From Ignisphaera sp. (GTDB lineage Archaea; Thermoproteota; Thermoprotei_A; Sulfolobales; Ignisphaeraceae): a stretch of DNA of 11,129 nucleotides. This document shows, piece after piece, positions 7,801 through 11,129 of the stretch (positions are counted from its first letter, which is position 1; each line of letters opens with the position of its first letter). The notes beneath the pieces are model-generated. The model made no database searches, had not been told where the DNA came from, and saw nothing but the letters and a program-made list of their open reading frames with translations. The stretch is from contig JAWBDT010000027.1 of NCBI GenBank assembly GCA_038821645.1, positions 1 through 11,129 of the forward strand, read 5' to 3'. The position numbers and the translations under genes were made by a program.

Positions 7801-8810
7801 TTTAGATAGTTGTACATATCTCTAAAGTAGTCGTAGTCTAGATACCACAGGAATTGTGCCCAATCTCTTTGTGCTGCTGTAGGTCTGTTACTGTATTCAC
7901 TTAGTGTAAAAATCTTTACAGTTCCTGCTTCAAGATTCTCATCACTGTATAAACTTCCCCACGCATTCCTTAAGTTTGTTGTTGAACCATATTTCTGTCT
8001 CAAATACTCATTCCATTTTTTCTGAAGCTCAGATTTAAACACGTCTGGAAGTCTGTCTACTGCTCCATCAAACCATCCAAATACCATACCGTACTCATTT
8101 AAGATCTCTATAAACGCTATGGCAGGATCTTCAGCATAGGATAGCCCTGTGTATGGATTTACATGGGTTAGTAGTTTTCTTGCGAACTCCTTTTGAAGAT
8201 CTCTAACAGGTTTGTAGAAGAAACCTAGAATGTGCTTATCCTTGATATTCATTGAATCTACTTCTCTCGGTAGACCATCTGATGACGAAAAGCTTCTGTA
8301 ACAAAGCAGATTGATATTCACATAGATACCGTTCTCTTTAAGTTTAGCAACTAGGTAGTCAAGCCTATCAAGTCTTGTTGGATCAAGTTCCCTTGTACCA
8401 GGAGCTCTAAATATGTTATCTGAAGTCCAGTGAGCATCTAGTGCATGTAATCTAACAAGATTTATGCCATATTTAGCGAATCTTTTAGCTAAAGCTTCTG
8501 CTACACTTTGTGGAGCAAATATTGCTGGAGATACAAGATTTATGCCTAAAAACCTTATCCTTTGGCTTCCTACGTATAGATGTCCATCGCTCCCCACATA
8601 GACGTGTCCATACTTACCAGCCGGTTTATGTAGATAAACAGACAGATCTATTGAGGTAGCTTCACCGTCATTCCATGGAAAGTAGAACTGAAATAGAGTC
8701 TGCTGACTATTTGCTGATACAGGTCGACTTAAGTATGGTAGTACTATCGAAACAGTTAAAATACATAAAATGGCTATCGATAATACATGTACTGATCTTC
8801 CTACCTTCAT
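4815..8810 (-). CDS. Secreted multidomain glycoside hydrolase: clan GH-A (GH5-like) module + Thr/Pro/Val linker + GH12 endoglucanase + C-terminal domain of unknown function
   Basis: Signal peptide aa1-33 (ending VSA). GH-A motifs GINLVRLH, EILNE239, DSHGYW, TISE417YN. Linker aa753-864. GH12 motifs NLWN, GYPEIWVGGKPWN, NFAFETWL, E1021LMVW, ELGTE1115FG, as in Pyrococcus EglA-type Cel12. Confidence 0.9.
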   Translation of the reverse strand: MKVGRSVHVLSIAILCILTVSIVLPYLSRPVSANSQQTLFQFYFPWNDGEATSIDLSVYLHKPAGKYGHVYVGSDGHLYVGSQRIRFLGINLVSPAIFAPQSVAEALAKRFAKYGINLVRLHALDAHWTSDNIFRAPGTRELDPTRLDRLDYLVAKLKENGIYVNINLLCYRSFSSSDGLPREVDSMNIKDKHILGFFYKPVRDLQKEFARKLLTHVNPYTGLSYAEDPAIAFIEILNEYGMVFGWFDGAVDRLPDVFKSELQKKWNEYLRQKYGSTTNLRNAWGSLYSDENLEAGTVKIFTLSEYSNRPTAAQRDWAQFLWYLDYDYFRDMYNYLKNELKVKALVIGTQMTWGGTPNIMQHMDLADSHGYWNYPAGDFWSGDYYVLNTAMVNNPTSSTIVGMANQKIAGKPHTISEYNHPFPNMYRAEGWVFLSAYGAFHDWDGILPYCYGDPDYGWNFDTRRIMATLDFGQDPQRWAMMITAHMLFVRGDVQVARQWVAVELSRDQEIEFIRSRTAGVWNLPNGRMAGNPAHTALLHGVVVVPSNRSRPPNTLLPRDVPAPSQPLYVSDTGELIWDCRESGRCVFIVNTSRSKVLTGFIGGKRFDLGEIAIEVKNTLLNGWATIAIHVLDGSSFRDAKRVLIVAVGLTTNTETKIYNYDNKQLLFTATTDLASVPNLHGLKLTTYRDMGRAPTITEGIEATITIKTSNRATAYALDNTGKRKSPVSVTTSGGNQVISIGSSYQTLWYEVTMATPTPTPIPTPTTTVTVVPVTLSTVVNVPVTVTVTFTVTSPITTIVPVTHTTTVPVTIIRTITITTTTPITTTVVTTPTTPRTTPTPTPTTTVITTPTTTPTPTTTRTVVTLIADSNNVFPWACLDTDGNGVCEFVLEGNLWNCPGITRGNVQLVAKVYGPKDYQLDVVIDVNYSGTGGWVHGYPEIWVGGKPWNDYGPAPEGFITNERVDLPIRVRDLVNDNVKLCVYVDSYSITHTDKRILYNFAFETWLMRDTSRGRGVNDNEVELMVWFSYHGLQGAGDVADVVPITIYVDQLKVNQRFEVWHGNMGWEYFAFRITVPRASGRYLAWCWNDFVKIAGRYTYLSGWENLYFTVSELGTEFGGIKVPWVYLKWSIRNYWLSKGLYLPVQIIGEYQPQEVVLGSCSGDVCPVKINAARPANLSGYMEFKVGYGGQITTNKGTINVAEGDIVKIEFNSVGGRIVIPRDGWASMSEVGVSAIYVNNQKVVENAVITGSSFRIDLSSIKSELKATLWGSGWTNVTYNGVAHLEEANSNPIIIPKLTASPNQQLYIGITISSDTKTTDIEGLSAPPIRVLW
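6219..6554 (-). repeat. Low-complexity Thr/Pro/Val linker within the hydrolase gene
   Basis: TPTPTP, TVTVT and TTTP runs; explains the Val/Gly-rich antisense ORF 6220..6579. Confidence 0.9.
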
Positions 8811-8852
8811 AAAGCCATCCCCTGTCTATACGTAGTAGTGTATTGCCCAGAA

Positions 8853-8859
8853 TTTTAAA
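8853..8859 (-). promoter_or_regulatory. Candidate TATA box (TTTAAAA) for the hydrolase gene
   Basis: 42 nt upstream of ATG 8810, with a purine-rich AGGGGATG SD-like stretch before the start. Confidence 0.4.
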
Positions 8860-9336
8860 CATTTATTAATATATTTATTGGGTATGTTTATACTTAATTA
8901 ATTTAAAAACCACAAAATAGTTTTATTACATCTCTTAATGTATTAATTAAGGATGAGGGTTCACAGTACGAAACATTAAATAATCCATTATGATCAGAAT
9001 CAAGTTATTTTGTAGAGAAATAATCTTTCATCAAATTCTGTCAGAATTGATGTCATATATCTCTTTGTAGGGAACATATAGAGTTCTGGACCACAGTATT
9101 ATAGTTATCATTTCTGCTTTACTATTCAGATGACCTACTTTCATAGATTTCTATAGATTTCCACTACCTATATACCGTATTAAGTCATACTTATATCAAT
9201 GTCGTAGCCCCTTTCTATTCAAATAATGTATAAGAATTACCAACTTTGATAATACTATCCACTTTTGCACGTCTGATTATTATCACGCAATACACCTTAA
9301 AAAGTCGCTTAAATGAGTTGAGTTCATTCAATTGGT

Positions 9337-9385
9337 TGGTGCCGCAGCCGGGATTTGAACCCAGGTCACGGGCTCGAAAGGCCTG
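9337..9385 (-). other. 3' half of tRNA-Glu(TTC); probable att site at the end of an integrated element
   Basis: - strand CAGGC-CTTTCGA-GCCCG TGAC CTGGG-TTCAAAT-CCCGG CTGCGGC A CCA: anticodon arm, T arm, acceptor 3' strand and CCA. No D arm or acceptor 5' strand upstream; 61 nt downstream of the integrase stop. Confidence 0.88.
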
Positions 9386-9446
9386 TTCATATCTATATTA
9401 ATTTGCACGGTCTATGTATATCGTATGTAATATCTAGTTGCAGGTG

Positions 9447-10712
9447 TCAAATACTCTCTGATAATATTTCCTTTAGCTTCTCTAAGTACTTTGGGTAGTA
9501 TTTGTCTGCTTCTGATAGGAGGTTTTCGTACCTTGCCTCACTTACCTTTAGTTCTCCGAATCTACTTTGGATGAATCTTGTTACTTCTCGAGACATTACC
9601 TGGATCATTGTTCTCCACGCCGCTTTCCTCATGGTTTTTGGGGGTAGTAGTCCGTGTTTTTTGCATAGTGTGTGACTGATGATCTGTTTACCTTTTTGTT
9701 CTCTGTATTAGTTTGGCTGTTTCTTTTGAGATGTATATCCATTCGCATGGTTTGCTGATCTCCTTTAAACCTAGGTAGTATCTGCAGAAGCCTTTGTCTT
9801 CGAAGCATACAAGCCTTTTCGTCTCTATCCCTAAGGGTTCTACTGCGATGATCTCTTCGGGTCTTCAGTTCTGCACCATCTCCATGGTATGCACGAGTCT
9901 AGCTTCGCTCTCGAGCATAGCTCTGTAGAGCGCGTAATATGTTGGGTGGTTCTGCTTGAGGTATGCGAGGATCTTCTTAATCTACTCGTGCTCTATTGGG
10001 TAGGGCCTTATGTCGAGTTTATACCTTCTACCTGGAACCACGAGAACTATCCACGCGTAGGTCTCTGGCGGTATCCTTCTCCTGAACATGAGGTACTGTG
10101 CATAGTGCCTAAAGATGTTCCTGACCCAGCCGAGGGGGTGTGCTCTGCGATCTGGTACACAAGCTCTTCCGAGAGTTCTCTACCCTGCAGATACCTCTCG
10201 AAGTATGATCTGTACTTCCTAATCATCTCCTCCGTTCTAACCTTGCGGAACCTCTTACTCTCTCTAAGAAACCTCTCAAAATCTTCACTCCACTCGAGCT
10301 TTACGCCTACGAAACCCACACCCAGTAGCTTCCTCAAATCCTCTCTATAGATATCCACAACACACCTCAGAACAATGTTTCTGAGGTACTCATCTCTAAG
10401 CATATACCTAACGAGCTCTAGTGCTGCAGAATAATCCACAGAACCGTCTTCTCTAACTATACCAGCTAGCTTGAGCCTTTCACCAGCTGATACAACTCTG
10501 TTGAACTCTTCAGATGTTGTGTGCTGAAGTATCTTTATGAGTAGTGAATCTGATACAAGTATCTTTCTATTCCTAACCCTGCTAAACGTCGAATACGAGA
10601 TAGAGAGATCAGATGATTTGAGCTTCTTAACGCTTACAATGTATTCGAACAACTTGTAGCGAGCATCATCAATCTTAGATATATCGAGATCCTTGAACCA
10701 CAAACCACACAC
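9447..10712 (-). pseudogene. Crenarchaeal tyrosine recombinase/integrase with N-terminal HTH, disrupted
   Basis: ORFs 10047..10712 and 9447..9632 join through other frames: ...IAEH/PLGWVRNIFRHYAQYL..RPYPIEHE*IKK..LYRAMLESEARLVH..QN*RPEE..RLVCFEDKGFCRYYLG..KPCEWIYISKE../VNRSSVTHYAK/HGLLPPKTMRKAAW..FIQSRFG..VSEARYENL. Frameshifts near 10140, 9691 and 9660; stops at 9982-9984 and 9865-9867. Confidence 0.88.
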
Positions 10713-10958
10713 TCATGTCATCAGCGATTTATCGAGTCTAGCTTTATAGTATCTTCTATCAATGTATATGATCTTTGCTAGCTCGAGTCCTCTTAAGATC
10801 TCTACCAGTTTTTCTTCATCGATATCTTTTCCGTATCTTTCTTTAATGATCCTGGCAACAACTTTTGGCAACGTCTCTTTGCCAGGATCTATACGTATAT
10901 ATGGTGAACTTCTTAGTGCCTGGTCTACGAATATTTCTAGAGAGTCTCTGGAAAGCAC
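10713..10958 (-). CDS. Small hypothetical protein, winged-helix-like
   Basis: 81 aa, GTG start; amphipathic helices (KVVARIIKERYG, DEEKLVEILRGLELAK) followed by a beta-hairpin-like IIYIDRRYYKARL; its stop directly abuts the integrase start. Confidence 0.6.
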   Translation of the reverse strand: MLSRDSLEIFVDQALRSSPYIRIDPGKETLPKVVARIIKERYGKDIDEEKLVEILRGLELAKIIYIDRRYYKARLDKSLMT

Positions 10959-11129
10959 TTTAGATTAGTTTAATTATCTCAATGATTATGGTAGCTATAG
11001 TCAGCTATTTTTTATCAAGCTATGGTTAATACTCTCTACATTATTAGTTTCAATAATTCTGTTACGGATCCACATTATCCTACATTACACCGAGGATACG
11101 GAAAACTAGATAACTAAAGAAGATGGCGA

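Larger units (their letters stand above)
9337..11129 (-). mobile_element. Terminus of a decayed tRNA-Glu-targeting integrated element; far boundary not determined
   Basis: att-like tRNA fragment plus integrase remnant. Hand-counted G+C is 64/120 at 10021-10140 versus 20/60 at 901-960 in mscS. Confidence 0.65.

Noticed and set aside
9143-9162. Short tandem ATAGATTTC repeat
   Set aside because: Two copies in AT-rich DNA with no spacers; not CRISPR-like.
9333-9340. CCA-A-CCA after the tRNA fragment
   Set aside because: A 4-nt duplication is within chance and is not the CCACCA decay tag.
9337-9410. Complete tRNA-Glu gene
   Set aside because: No D arm or acceptor 5' strand between the fragment and the integrase stop.
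9447-10712. Programmed frameshifting or stop readthrough giving an active integrase
   Set aside because: Three shifts plus two different nonsense codons are better explained by decay.
9889-10968. + strand ORFs 9889..10350 and 10762..10968
   Set aside because: Antisense to the integrase remnant and the winged-helix ORF.
11123-11129. ATG at the right edge on the + strand
   Set aside because: Only two codons are visible; cannot be supported.

Overview
AT-rich archaeal DNA; gene families, GAGGTG/GGTG Shine-Dalgarno (SD) motifs and TTTA(A/T)(A/T)A TATA boxes suggest a hyperthermophilic crenarchaeon, plausibly Ignisphaera-like (inference). Every supported gene is on the - strand. Left to right: the 5' end of a von Willebrand A (vWA) protein missed by the ORF track; a coupled DUF432-MscS pair; a queD-queE-queC preQ0 cluster in which queE appears to start at an ATA overlapping the queD stop; a 1331-aa secreted glycoside hydrolase with two catalytic modules (clan GH-A/GH5-like barrel, Thr/Pro/Val linker, GH12 domain, unassigned C-terminal domain); and the end of a decayed integrated element: the 3' half of tRNA-Glu(TTC) as att site, an HTH-tyrosine integrase pseudogene with 3 frameshifts and 2 nonsense codons, and an abutting small winged-helix ORF. 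No CRISPR array or rRNA seen.
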